Source: Nitrosopumilus sp. (GTDB lineage: Archaea > Thermoproteota > Nitrososphaeria > Nitrososphaerales > Nitrosopumilaceae). From it: 64,000 nucleotides of DNA. The notes beneath the pieces are model-generated. The model did no database searches. It was not told the origin of the DNA and saw only the letters and a list, made by a program, of their open reading frames with translations. The position numbers and the translations under genes are program-made. The stretch lies in assembly GCA_965205215.1 (NCBI GenBank), contig OZ242041.1:1-64000 (forward strand), in the 5' to 3' direction. Below, in pieces: positions 8,638-18,768 of this stretch; position 1 is the first letter of the stretch, and every line of letters begins with the position of its first letter.

Positions 8638-11600
8638 ATGACTGCACGAGACTACCGCACAGGCGCCGCGGCAGCCTGCGCCGCCGTGGCCGCGCTGGCG
8701 GTGATGTCGGGTGTAGCGGCGACGGTGGCAGTACCCGGACTGATGCAGGATCTGGGGCCCCTTGGCGCATACGAACCATGGACGGCGTACGGGACGGGCC
8801 TGGCCGCCGGCCCGGCCCTTGCCGCATCCCCCGCGTACGACGCGTCCACATACAAGATGGCTGCCGCATCGTCCCCGGCGCCGTCATGGAGCATCTTCTC
8901 AGAGGAGCCACCCGGGTGGCTTTGGCAAGGTTCGGGCGCCGTGGAAACCTCTGCATATCGCGGGACTTATGACTCTGCAATTATCAGGTTTGGCCCCGGA
9001 TCCCTTGAGGATAACGCCGGCGGAAGCTGGGCGGACGAGGACAGCCGCCGCTATCTAGTCTTTGGCGGCGGAAGCTGGGAGGATCGCGGTAATGCCGCGT
9101 CATCCGCATCACCGTTGACACACTCATCATCATCATCATCGTCCCCCGCTCAACCCCGCACGCTTCAGGACGACGCGGCCCGGCGGCCCGGCGGCGGATT
9201 TTTCACGGTTGCCACACTGCACCCCGAGTCCGCATCCGATCTCTCCTCAAGGGGGTTCGTGGTAATCCCAGACAGGCCGCTTGACTTGCACGCGCCGCCC
9301 GCCGCCCTAGCAGGTTCCCCCACAGGTACGCCAGGCTTCAAGGAAGCCCCGCACCTACACGTTGCATCCGGCTCCGGCGGGGCCGGCAGCGGGGACGCAA
9401 CGGGCATACTCGACATAGTGGGACTCGGGACCAGCGGAGGGGGCGGCATCGGCATCGCCGAGAAATACGGCGCCACGGGAGCCGGCGTTACCATTGCCAT
9501 CGTGGATACGGGCGTGGATTTTTCAAACCCCGACATTCAGCACGCACTTGCAAGGGATCCCACCACAAACCATCCCGTCATGCTCGATCCCGACGGGCAG
9601 GGCATAGTCATAACCAACAGCACGTTTTATGCGAGCATATCGGACAGCGGTACGATCAGGAGCCACACGGGGGAAGTCCCGGAGGGGTTTGACTCTGTCG
9701 TGTACGTGGCCGAAGACGGCGGCGTCTATCTGGATATAGAACAGGGCGGCAGGGGGACTACCATACCGGTGTACAACTCGCTCTACCCTCAGATCGGAAG
9801 CTCCCCCGTACTGAACGGGACGCTTGAGCATGACATGCGGATAGGGCTCGACGACAGGGACTACATACGCTCGCAGAGCGGTGCATACAGGCTGGGCGCG
9901 ATATTCCAGATGGGGGCGCCGGGACTCGGGGACGGGCAGCCTACCAGGATCCAGGTGGTGCCGGTCCTGGTGATCGACTCCGCCCTGCCGGGCGTGTATG
10001 ACACCATAATACCGGACATGAGCACCTCGTGGCAGGACTATACCCGCGGGCAGGGCACCCTAGAACTGGACTTTGACTTTACAGACGAGCGCCCCATCGT
10101 CCTTGGAAGCGGCGGGGAGTTTCTCACATACGACTCAGACGAGGACGGGACGGCCGATTATACGGCGGGGACGGCCGGGGCGAGGGTGCTGGACGTATTT
10201 GCCGTAATGAACGACACGCTGACGTCGCACCAGAACGAGGCGCTCGGGGCGGTTAACGGGACGCTGCTCCCGGGACTCGACCCCGACGGCCGGTTCTTTG
10301 GCGTGATGAGCGACTACGAGGGGCACGGCACGGCGAGCTCCGCCACGATCGTGTCGGCAGGCAAGATGACGTACGACATATACAACGACACGGGCAGCTA
10401 CGTCATAGGGGGTGTGGCGCCAGACGCGCGCATACTCCCGGTAAAGGCGCTCTGGCTTGGGGACGCGCTGTACGGCTGGCTCTGGGCCGCCGGCTTTGAC
10501 AACGAGGGCTCCGCGTGGTCGTATTCCGGGGCCCCGCGGGCAGACATCATATCGAACAGCTGGGGCGTCTCGGCGTTTCCAAACGTGGGCGCCGCGCCGG
10601 GCCACGACATGCTCTCCCTTGTAGTCGACATGCTTTCCGTGCCGCGCTCCTTTGATGACAGCTATCCCGGGGTGGTTGTCGTGTCAAGCGCCGGCAACTC
10701 GGGTCACGGGTACGGGACGCTCGGGACGCCGGGCGCGTCCTCCTTTGGGATATCTGCAGGGGCCAGTACGAACAACGTCTTTGTTGGGTACGGTCCCTTC
10801 AAGGACCAGCCGAGGTTCGGAGGCAGCGGCGGCGGCGGCGAAGATAACGACACCGGCGCTACTGACCGCGCCCCGCGCTCGTACCACCGCGGACACGTGG
10901 TAGACTTTAGCGGCCGGGGCCCCGGCATAATCGGAGACGTCAGGCCCGACCTGGTCAGCGTAGGGGCATACGGCTTCGTGCCACGCAGCATTATGGGCGC
11001 GTCCCAGAATGCAGACACGCGTGACCCGTTCACGCTGTTCGGGGGGACCAGCATGGCGGGGCCCGCGATAGCGGGCGCGGCGGCCGTAGTCATGAGCGAG
11101 ATGACGGAGAACCAGATGGATTACGACCCGTTTGTGATAAAGAACATCCTGATGTCCACCGCGCGCGACATGGGCAACGATCCGTTCGTGCAGGGCGCGG
11201 GCCTCGCCGACGCGGGGGCGGCCCTAAGGTTCGTCCACAAGGAGGGCGGGATTTTTGTGGTGCACAATGACGACTCCTATCAGAATATACGCGGCATGCT
11301 TCGGCCGGCTATATCGTCCTCAAACATCACGGACACGGGGATAGGCAAGTTCGACCTTCCCGACCGCGACATACCCATGACCGCGTGGTTTGCGGGCCAC
11401 CTGCAGCCCGGCTCGAGGTCCACGGCCACGTTCACAATCGAGAACCCGGGGCCCGACGCGGTCGACGTGTCCATATCGCCGCAGAAGATGTCGCTTGTGA
11501 GTCACGCTAGTCTCAACGGCACCACCGTGCCGCGGCAGCAGGATCCCGTACTCAACGATACCGACGCGTACGTTCCAAACTATGTAAGGCTCGCCGACGT

Positions 11601-13281
11601 GCGCCCCGACGAGGGCCTTGCGGGCCTGTTCGGCGATGGAAGGACGATTCCTGCCGACGCGTCGCTGCTTGTGCTCAGCGTCAACTTTGCATTCTCCGAT
11701 TTTATGAACATGTCCGCCGACGTGTACGCCGACGACATAGGGATAGCCTCCCTGTACCTGTACGACTGGGTCGACAGAGACGGGGATCTGGAGATAACAA
11801 GCGGCGAACTCCTGCTTGTGACGCGGGGCGGCTCGTGGGGCACAACGCAGGAGATCCGCGTGTCGGATCCTGCCGACAAGTTCGAGGGCGTTCCGATGGC
11901 CGGAATATATCCGGTGCCGCTAAGATACTCATATTGGGTGGGGCCCAACGGCGCCAACGCGACGGCGCTGGACTATACGGTGTCTGCAAGCTATTACGCG
12001 AGGGAGAAGTGGGAGGACGTCTGGCCTGAGCAGCGCTCGGTATCCGTCCCGCCGCAGGACTCAAGGCAGGTTGACGTCACACTGATCATACCCGGCGATA
12101 CAGACGCGGGCATACACCACGGGTTCGTCGCCTTTGAGGGCGATCATCACGCTGCAAACGTGCCGGTGTCGTTTGCAGTAACGCCTGTCATACAGGATGC
12201 GGGCTCCCGGATCGTCTTTGGTGGCGGAGGCGCCTTGGCCAACGCGTCAGGATCCGGGGCGGCGGAGGCATCCCCGTCATACCCGGACGTCACGTACTCC
12301 AACGGCCACACGAGGGGCGCCTTTGACATGGTGGGGCGCTACATGGCCGGGGACTGGCGGCACCACCACTTTGAGGTTGCAGACCCGGCCATAAGCGCGG
12401 CTTCGGTCATGATATCCTGGGAGTCGGAGGACACGAGCGTGTCTGCATTCGTGGCCGATCCCGCGGGCCGCATAATCCAGACAAACGTCCCGTCCGGCGT
12501 CTTCGGACACTTTCTTGACTGGCCGTCAGTCGACTGGCTTGGGTACACGCCGTTCAGCGAGGGCGGGGGGTTCTATCCCGTATCCGGTGGCGCGGAGGGC
12601 GCGACGTCCACGTTCATGACGGTTCCAATCAACGGCACCGGGACGTACGCCATAATGACCCACACGACACTGTACGGGGGGAATTCGGTCACAGAACCCG
12701 TAGGCATAGAGGTCAGGTTCTATGGTGGCGATGGCGGTGGCGACAATGACGCAAGGCATGATACTGGCAGCTCCGAGTTTGGCACGGGAGCCGGCCCGAT
12801 GAATCCCGCTGCCGGCGCAGACAGCAGTGATAACTACCGTCACGATCCGGATGCTGCACAAAAGGACACAACTGAGGACGGGGCGGCCACGGAGGAGGAG
12901 GCATCCGCAACGATGTCCCCGCCTGAACCGGCCGCCTCCGACACTCAACTGCCTCCTGCAGACGACGCAAGCCAGCCTGCCGCAGGCTCATTGTCTGCAG
13001 TAACCGCCGGAGAGGCCGGCCCCGGGTTTGGCACGGGCGCCGTAGCTGGTTTGGCGGCGGGCGCCGCCATAACGGCCGCGATTTTCATAGTGATCAAAAG
13101 GACTAGGCCGGCATCAGTGGGGCCGGCGCCGCCTGGCGCTGATGTCGTCGGCACAGTGCACGGCGACGGCGACGGCGACCGTCGTAGTGTCCACACCTAC
13201 GACGGCGACGGCGACGGCAACAACAGGAACGCCAGATACGGCGCGCTGAGCCGGGCTCCGGGTGCGCGCCAATCCGCTTAG
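8638..13281 (+). CDS. Membrane-anchored S8 (subtilisin-like) serine peptidase
   Basis: Catalytic motifs IVDTGVD, GHGT, SAGNSG, GGTSMA; N-terminal hydrophobic leader; C-terminal TM; TTATAA at 8609-8614. Confidence 0.92.
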   Translation: MTARDYRTGAAAACAAVAALAVMSGVAATVAVPGLMQDLGPLGAYEPWTAYGTGLAAGPALAASPAYDASTYKMAAASSPAPSWSIFSEEPPGWLWQGSGAVETSAYRGTYDSAIIRFGPGSLEDNAGGSWADEDSRRYLVFGGGSWEDRGNAASSASPLTHSSSSSSSPAQPRTLQDDAARRPGGGFFTVATLHPESASDLSSRGFVVIPDRPLDLHAPPAALAGSPTGTPGFKEAPHLHVASGSGGAGSGDATGILDIVGLGTSGGGGIGIAEKYGATGAGVTIAIVDTGVDFSNPDIQHALARDPTTNHPVMLDPDGQGIVITNSTFYASISDSGTIRSHTGEVPEGFDSVVYVAEDGGVYLDIEQGGRGTTIPVYNSLYPQIGSSPVLNGTLEHDMRIGLDDRDYIRSQSGAYRLGAIFQMGAPGLGDGQPTRIQVVPVLVIDSALPGVYDTIIPDMSTSWQDYTRGQGTLELDFDFTDERPIVLGSGGEFLTYDSDEDGTADYTAGTAGARVLDVFAVMNDTLTSHQNEALGAVNGTLLPGLDPDGRFFGVMSDYEGHGTASSATIVSAGKMTYDIYNDTGSYVIGGVAPDARILPVKALWLGDALYGWLWAAGFDNEGSAWSYSGAPRADIISNSWGVSAFPNVGAAPGHDMLSLVVDMLSVPRSFDDSYPGVVVVSSAGNSGHGYGTLGTPGASSFGISAGASTNNVFVGYGPFKDQPRFGGSGGGGEDNDTGATDRAPRSYHRGHVVDFSGRGPGIIGDVRPDLVSVGAYGFVPRSIMGASQNADTRDPFTLFGGTSMAGPAIAGAAAVVMSEMTENQMDYDPFVIKNILMSTARDMGNDPFVQGAGLADAGAALRFVHKEGGIFVVHNDDSYQNIRGMLRPAISSSNITDTGIGKFDLPDRDIPMTAWFAGHLQPGSRSTATFTIENPGPDAVDVSISPQKMSLVSHASLNGTTVPRQQDPVLNDTDAYVPNYVRLADVRPDEGLAGLFGDGRTIPADASLLVLSVNFAFSDFMNMSADVYADDIGIASLYLYDWVDRDGDLEITSGELLLVTRGGSWGTTQEIRVSDPADKFEGVPMAGIYPVPLRYSYWVGPNGANATALDYTVSASYYAREKWEDVWPEQRSVSVPPQDSRQVDVTLIIPGDTDAGIHHGFVAFEGDHHAANVPVSFAVTPVIQDAGSRIVFGGGGALANASGSGAAEASPSYPDVTYSNGHTRGAFDMVGRYMAGDWRHHHFEVADPAISAASVMISWESEDTSVSAFVADPAGRIIQTNVPSGVFGHFLDWPSVDWLGYTPFSEGGGFYPVSGGAEGATSTFMTVPINGTGTYAIMTHTTLYGGNSVTEPVGIEVRFYGGDGGGDNDARHDTGSSEFGTGAGPMNPAAGADSSDNYRHDPDAAQKDTTEDGAATEEEASATMSPPEPAASDTQLPPADDASQPAAGSLSAVTAGEAGPGFGTGAVAGLAAGAAITAAIFIVIKRTRPASVGPAPPGADVVGTVHGDGDGDRRSVHTYDGDGDGNNRNARYGALSRAPGARQSA

Positions 13282-14009
13282 TTTGTCTTGATTCTCACAA
13301 CGTCTTGATCCTCACATATCGCATAATTGCGCAGCACCGTGTCAATGCAGTAATGCGCCGAATCCGACGAGACTTTTCGCCGTACCTCCGAATCCCGGGT
13401 ATGCCCGAATATCTGCCTCGTGTGAGGTATGTCCACAAACTCGTCATAGTCGCACCATATCAGGCCGCCCACGCTGTTGGATCCGCCCCTGCTGTACCCG
13501 GCCTCCAAAAACGGGTGCGGGACGTTTCCGTCCGACGCCCCGGCAAGATCCTCTGCTGCGCGGCAGAGGACATCCTGCACAGTCTCCGATTCGGTCCTGC
13601 GCTGCTGCGCGTACAACTTGTTTGAGAATCCAGCGTGAGTGCACAACCATCCGGTACCCGCCGCCCCTATCCAGTAGTAGAGGCGCAGCTTGGCCCAGTC
13701 TATCCCGTACGAGTCGATGACGCGCCGCTTGGCATCCGAGTACCCGCTGCACCTGTAATCTGCATTGCCCGCCATATAGTGCAGGTCGTGGTTCCCAAGC
13801 AGGTGTATCCTGCCGCCCTCCTCACCGTCGTACTCTAGAGAGCGCGCGAGCCACTTTGCAGTCCGTTCTGTCATCTCCGGACCGTCTCCAAAGTCGTCAA
13901 AATAGTCGCCCAGAAATACAGTCAGGTCGGGGCGCTCCCGGCTTATTATCTCCTCTGCCGTCTGATACCGGTGGTGTATGTCCGGTATGACGAGGGTCTT
14001 GTTCCCCAT
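13278..14009 (-). CDS. Calcineurin-like metallophosphoesterase
   Basis: PDIH, LGDYFD, LGNHD, THAG, FGHT; ATG 14009 likely start. Confidence 0.88.
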   Translation of the reverse strand: MGNKTLVIPDIHHRYQTAEEIISRERPDLTVFLGDYFDDFGDGPEMTERTAKWLARSLEYDGEEGGRIHLLGNHDLHYMAGNADYRCSGYSDAKRRVIDSYGIDWAKLRLYYWIGAAGTGWLCTHAGFSNKLYAQQRRTESETVQDVLCRAAEDLAGASDGNVPHPFLEAGYSRGGSNSVGGLIWCDYDEFVDIPHTRQIFGHTRDSEVRRKVSSDSAHYCIDTVLRNYAICEDQDVVRIKTN

Positions 14010-14175
14010 GGCGTGCCTGCGGCACATGGGCTAATACCTGTTTGCCGCATCCCGCGCGGCAGTACCCCAGAATCAGCGCGTACCGCCCATACGCAGCCGC
14101 ATGGAAACGCGACGGTTCTGGTACCGTACCCATCAAATAGATATCTTTATTATACCGTACTTTTTTATGCCACAT

Positions 14176-15414
14176 ATGGAGGACATGAAACTCAGCAGCT
14201 TGGAGGGCGTCGGCCCAGTTACAACACGCAAGCTGTCTGATGCGGGAATCCACAACGTCATGGATCTCATAGTCCGCGGCCCCGTCGAAATCGCGGAGAT
14301 AACCGGGATGGAGAAGGACACGGCAGAGAAGATCGTCAACAAGGCCAGGCAGCACCTGGTCGACGGCGGCAAGCTGGCCGGGGACTTTGTGAGCGCAAGC
14401 GAGATCTACGATAACAGGCAGAAGATCGGACGCATTACGACCGGTACCGACTGCCTCGACTCCCTCTTTGGAGGAGGACTTGAGACCCAGGCACTTACCG
14501 AGGTGTATGGCGAATTTGGATGCGGCAAGACGCAGTTCGCCCACACCATGTCGGTGATGGTCCAGAAATCCAAGGAAGAGGGAGGACTCGAGGGCGGTGT
14601 TCTGTATATAGACACGGAGAACACGTTTAGGCCCGAGAGGATCGTCTCGATTGCAAAGGCCCACGGCATGGATCCCCTGCAGGTTCTGCAGAACATTACC
14701 GTGGCGCGCGCGCACAGCAGCTCACACCAGACGCTGATTCTGGAGAGCGCGGGTCCGGTAATCGAGGCAAACAACATCAAACTGATTGTTGCAGACTCGG
14801 CAGTCGGGCTGTTCCGTTCTGAATACCTCGGACGCGGGACCCTCTCAAACAGGCAGCAGAAGATCAACCATTTCGTACACCTGCTGTCCCGCTATGCAGA
14901 GATCTACAACTGCGCCGCAATTGCAACCAACCAGGTCATGGCATCACCGGACGTCTTCTTCGGGGATCCGACCCGGCCCATAGGCGGAAACGTAGTCGCC
15001 CATACGAGCACCTACCGGATCTACTTTAAAAAGGCCGGAAAGAAGCGGATCGCCCGCATGGTCGACAGCCCGCACCACCCAGAGGAGGAAGTACTCTTCG
15101 CCTTGGGCGAGGCGGGCGTAATAGACATCGAGAATGCAGAGTCCGCGACCAAGACAAGAAAGACAAAGTCTGCTTCCGCCGCGGCCGCCACCGCCGCCGC
15201 CGCGACAGTGGCAAAGCCCGAGGATGCGGCGCCTGCAGATCCCAAGGCGTCTTCTCCTGCCGCCAAGGCCAAGGCTGCCCCTGCCAGAAAGGCAAAGTCT
15301 GCAAAGACCGCAGACGACGCCGCCCCGGCAGCGGAGTCCGCAACGGACGTCCCAGAGGCGGCCGACCTTGACGAGGAGATAGACCTCACAGATGTAGAGC
15401 TCTCCGACGAGTAG
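14176..15414 (+). CDS. radA: DNA repair and recombination protein RadA with A/K/P-rich tail
   Basis: HhH LEGVGP, Walker A GEFGCGKTQ, YIDTENTFRPER, RPIGGNVVAH; TTTATTATA upstream supports ATG 14176. Confidence 0.96.
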   Translation: MEDMKLSSLEGVGPVTTRKLSDAGIHNVMDLIVRGPVEIAEITGMEKDTAEKIVNKARQHLVDGGKLAGDFVSASEIYDNRQKIGRITTGTDCLDSLFGGGLETQALTEVYGEFGCGKTQFAHTMSVMVQKSKEEGGLEGGVLYIDTENTFRPERIVSIAKAHGMDPLQVLQNITVARAHSSSHQTLILESAGPVIEANNIKLIVADSAVGLFRSEYLGRGTLSNRQQKINHFVHLLSRYAEIYNCAAIATNQVMASPDVFFGDPTRPIGGNVVAHTSTYRIYFKKAGKKRIARMVDSPHHPEEEVLFALGEAGVIDIENAESATKTRKTKSASAAAATAAAATVAKPEDAAPADPKASSPAAKAKAAPARKAKSAKTADDAAPAAESATDVPEAADLDEEIDLTDVELSDE

Positions 15415-15418
15415 CTTC

Positions 15419-15442
15419 TATTCCTTTTTTTCTTCTTTTTTC
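15419..15442 (+). terminator. Oligo(T) archaeal terminator of radA
   Basis: T-rich pyrimidine run (TTCC-T7-CTTC-T6) a few bases after the stop codon. Confidence 0.6.
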
Positions 15443-15633
15443 AAAAACACTGGAATCACCGTCCGCGCCCGGTCCGACACGCTGCCGCCTTCTTGCACGG
15501 CGGCCTGGGGTGGCCCGAGCCCGTACCCGTAACACTGCGGGCAGGCAATGGAAACTGTAGGAGTCGGTGACAACTACCGGCGTGAGGGCCAGCAGGTATA
15601 CTAGATTAAATAGGGTTCCGAGTCCGCCCCTGC

Positions 15634-15936
15634 ATGGCAACCAAAAAGTCGCACGGCCGCTCCCACGGGTTCAGGCACAAGTCCCGCTCCGTCATGAAGA
15701 AGAGGGCCCCCCGCGGCGTGTCATTTCTGCTGCGCGAATACCAGGCGGGGCAACAGGCGCTCGTCATAATAGACCCGCGGCAGCACAAGGGACTCCCACA
15801 CAGGAGATACCATGGTAAGGTCGGGGTCGTAACCGAGGTGGGCCGGAGGGCCATAACGCTTGACGTAAAGCTTGGAAACAAGACCAAAACCTTAATCACT
15901 AGGCTGGATCACATAAAGCCGTTCGGTGTGTCGTAA
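15634..15936 (+). CDS. rpl21e: 50S ribosomal protein L21e
   Basis: HGFRHKSR, KGLPHRRYHGKVGVV, HIKP. Confidence 0.96.
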   Translation: MATKKSHGRSHGFRHKSRSVMKKRAPRGVSFLLREYQAGQQALVIIDPRQHKGLPHRRYHGKVGVVTEVGRRAITLDVKLGNKTKTLITRLDHIKPFGVS

Positions 15937-16265
15937 TGGAAGAGGTACAGGACAGGCAATCCATCTCGCTTGCAGAGGTAAAGGAGATACTTGGCAAGGT
16001 GGAGCCGGAGGACATGGATCAGATACAGCGCTGGACGTTTGACTATGTCTCAAAATTTGCCACTACGGACTCCAAGAATGCAGCGGAGATGAAAAAACTC
16101 CTCATCAAGGACTGTAGCCTCACGGAGGACGAGGCAGTCGAGATTGTGAACATCAAGCCCACCAGCATGGCCGAGCTGCGCTCATTTACGTTCGGATGGA
16201 AAAAGCTCATACTTGCAGAGACCCTGGAGAAGATGCTCAAGATAGTACGAGAGCACTCCTCCTAG
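15936..16265 (+). CDS. rpo4: RNA polymerase subunit Rpo4 (RpoF)
   Basis: ISLAEVKEIL, QRWTFDYVSKF, AVEIVNIKP; canonical position after rpl21e. Confidence 0.9.
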   Translation: MEEVQDRQSISLAEVKEILGKVEPEDMDQIQRWTFDYVSKFATTDSKNAAEMKKLLIKDCSLTEDEAVEIVNIKPTSMAELRSFTFGWKKLILAETLEKMLKIVREHSS

Positions 16266-16394
16266 TCCGGGTATGATGACGGTGATTATAGCATGATTGC
16301 GTGCCGGCGGCAACAATAACCGTGGCGGTGGCGGCAGTAGTAGTTGGTGAAAAGGATTGCGTCAGCTGCTTTCTAATCGGGGGGCAGGTTCGCG

Positions 16395-16964
16395 TTGAAC
16401 GCCGACCCGCCAAAGGCAAGAACGTACGAGGAGTATGCGTACGTACTTGGCCCCACGCGCCGCGGCCGCTCATCCGTCGTCAGGGGCAAGGAGGGCACTA
16501 TAGTAACGGCAGTGGGCGAGAACAAGCTCACGCTGCTGGAGCTGCTTGGCGTGCCGGGATCCGGGTTTACAAACGGAGAGCGGCTCCGCATCGGCAAGAC
16601 CGGCAGGACAAAGGTGGCATCGGTTCTGGGAAAGGTCTCATACGAGATGCTGTCAGAGTCCGCCAAGAACGAGCTGCAGGGGGTGATAACCACGATCGTG
16701 ACAAACAACGAGCAGAAATTTGTATCGTACCTCAACAATGCCGGCCCGATAACCCCACGCGTGCATGCGCTGGAGCTGATACCCGGCATAGGCAAGACGT
16801 ACATGAACGCGATGCTTGACGAGCGGGAGCGCCAACGGTTCGAGAGCTACGCGGATCTGCAGGAGCGGGTGGGCCTCAGCGACCCTGTCGGGCACATAGC
16901 CGAGCGCATAGTGTCTGAGATGAGCGGCCAGAGCCGGCGAGTCAACATATTTGTAAAGAGGTAG
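16395..16964 (+). CDS. DUF655 family putative RNA-binding protein
   Basis: EEYAYVL, LTLLEL, PITPRVHALELIPGIGK, FESYADL; conserved archaeal rpl21e-rpoF-DUF655-ksgA order. Confidence 0.9.
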   Translation: MNADPPKARTYEEYAYVLGPTRRGRSSVVRGKEGTIVTAVGENKLTLLELLGVPGSGFTNGERLRIGKTGRTKVASVLGKVSYEMLSESAKNELQGVITTIVTNNEQKFVSYLNNAGPITPRVHALELIPGIGKTYMNAMLDERERQRFESYADLQERVGLSDPVGHIAERIVSEMSGQSRRVNIFVKR

Positions 16965-16974
16965 GCGCCTAGAA

Positions 16975-18147
16975 ATGACGCCGATTGCAGCCACGCACGC
17001 CGCCCTTGAGGCCGTCGCCGCGCGCAGAGGCGCGTCCGCCTTGGCCGCCGCATTGCACGGTTCCCCCACAAATCAGCCCCCCAGTGACAGGGGCGCATCC
17101 CGTGGGCGAAAGGCGGGACCGGACGGTCCTGTCAGCGGCACGGGGGGCGGCATCAGTGACGGCAACGGCCGTCCCAACACGTCTGGGGGTCGCGGCCGCA
17201 GGACGGTCGGAAGCGTCCGCCAAAAGAAGGGCATGGGGCAGCACTTTCTGGTATCCAGGGGCGTGGCCGAGCGCATAGTCTCTGCCGCCGGGATCAGGGA
17301 CGGCGAAGCGGTGTTTGAGTTGGGAACCGGGCGCGGCATCCTGACCGGCCTGCTGTGCAAAAGGGCCTCCCGCGTGGTCTCTGTGGAGCTGGACCAAGAA
17401 CTGGCAGACGGGGCGCGCACGGCGCTCTCAGAGTTTGGAAACCTGCAGGTCGTGCGGGGCGACGGGCTCGGCCCTGCGAAGGGGAGAAACACGGCAGACA
17501 GCCACTCTACGGTGTCCACCTCTGACTGCGCCGTCTTTGTATCGAACCTGCCCTACTCGCGCAGCCGGCGTGCGGTGGAGCAGCTTGCATCCTCCTGCTT
17601 TGAGCGCTGCATCATAATGGTCCAAAGGGAGTTTGCGTCAAAGCTGCTCGCGGGCGCCTCGCCCCGCGGGGAGAAAAGTCGCCGCGCCGGTGACGAACGT
17701 GGCGGCCCGCGCGCGCGCGGCAGGAGGCGCGCAATCAGTGTGGTGGCCCAGTACTGCTTTGAGATACGCGCCATAATGGACGTTCCGGCCTCCTGCTTTG
17801 AGCCCAGGCCCGGGGTGGATTCGGTGGTCCTCGCGATGGTTCGAAGGCGCACGCTCGAGGGCGCTCGAATCTCTATGATCAACCGCATCTTCTCATACAG
17901 GCGCAAGCGGGTTTCCACTCTGGTAGGTATGATATGCGGCGGCGGTGGTGATGGCGGCGGTGTCGACGATGACAGCGGCCATAATGGCCACGGCAAGGAT
18001 GCCGGCGGCCGCGCCTCCGGCCGCCGACTGCATGCAGACGGCACACATGGCGAGGTGCGCGGCGGTTCGGACAGGCCGCTGCGCCTCGACGATCTGTCCG
18101 TCCAGGACGTGGTGGATTTGGCGGACTCTGTGCTTGCAAGGGTGTGA
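16975..18147 (+). CDS. rsmA: 16S rRNA adenine dimethyltransferase (KsgA/Dim1) with low-complexity insertions; start uncertain
   Basis: GQHFL, ELGTGRGILT, VSNLPYS, MVQREFA, F.PRP.VDS, F..RRK. Confidence 0.88.
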   Translation: MTPIAATHAALEAVAARRGASALAAALHGSPTNQPPSDRGASRGRKAGPDGPVSGTGGGISDGNGRPNTSGGRGRRTVGSVRQKKGMGQHFLVSRGVAERIVSAAGIRDGEAVFELGTGRGILTGLLCKRASRVVSVELDQELADGARTALSEFGNLQVVRGDGLGPAKGRNTADSHSTVSTSDCAVFVSNLPYSRSRRAVEQLASSCFERCIIMVQREFASKLLAGASPRGEKSRRAGDERGGPRARGRRRAISVVAQYCFEIRAIMDVPASCFEPRPGVDSVVLAMVRRRTLEGARISMINRIFSYRRKRVSTLVGMICGGGGDGGGVDDDSGHNGHGKDAGGRASGRRLHADGTHGEVRGGSDRPLRLDDLSVQDVVDLADSVLARV

Positions 18148-18768
18148 ATGATGCCGGACGCTCCACGCGACTCTGCTGCAAGCCGTGCGCGGGAAGGGCT
18201 CCCGCCCGCACGAACGAAGCCCGCGGTGGAACAGGACGAGTATCCGCCGTCGGAGGACACCTTTTTTCTTGCCGACTACATAGAACGCGCACCCAGTGGT
18301 TTGACGGCCTTGGATGTGGGAAGCGGCTCCGGGTACATCACAAAGCTGTTGCACGACTCGTTTGAGTTCGTGGTTGGGACCGACATCAACTGCAGGGTGC
18401 TCCGGAACCAGTCTGGCGCATACCGCACGGAGAACCTGGTATGCTGCAGCGGCTCTGACGCGATACGCGCAGGGTTCGACCTTGCAGTGTGCAACCCCCC
18501 GTACCTTGCGACGGATTCGGTCACGTTCGAGTCGACTGACGGAGGGCCGGGCGGCCTGGAGGTGCCTGCCCGCATACTGGACTCGGTATACGGCAACGTG
18601 CGCCCCGGCGGCAGACTTGCCATCGTAACCACCACGCTCTCCGACTATGACGGCCTGATGAGGCATGCCATGATGACGGGCTTTGCCGACGCCCGCATCG
18701 TGGCAAGAAAGAAACTGTTCTTTGAGGAGCTGCTGCTGGTGGAGTGCTCAGTGGCAGCGGGCGCCTAG
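18148..18768 (+). CDS. HemK/N6AMT1-type methyltransferase
   Basis: YPPSEDTFFL, LDVGSGSG, NPPY, DGG..G.EV, LFFEEL. Confidence 0.9.
   Translation: MMPDAPRDSAASRAREGLPPARTKPAVEQDEYPPSEDTFFLADYIERAPSGLTALDVGSGSGYITKLLHDSFEFVVGTDINCRVLRNQSGAYRTENLVCCSGSDAIRAGFDLAVCNPPYLATDSVTFESTDGGPGGLEVPARILDSVYGNVRPGGRLAIVTTTLSDYDGLMRHAMMTGFADARIVARKKLFFEELLLVECSVAAGA

Noticed and set aside
14101-14175. Long N-terminal extensions in the ORF track for radA (and pyrD 2977-3174, gene A 61686-61733)
   Set aside because: They span TATA-like or regulatory elements and lack family similarity; later starts fit better
16270-16350. Box C (ATGATGA) suggesting a C/D sRNA
   Set aside because: No CTGA D box at a suitable distance
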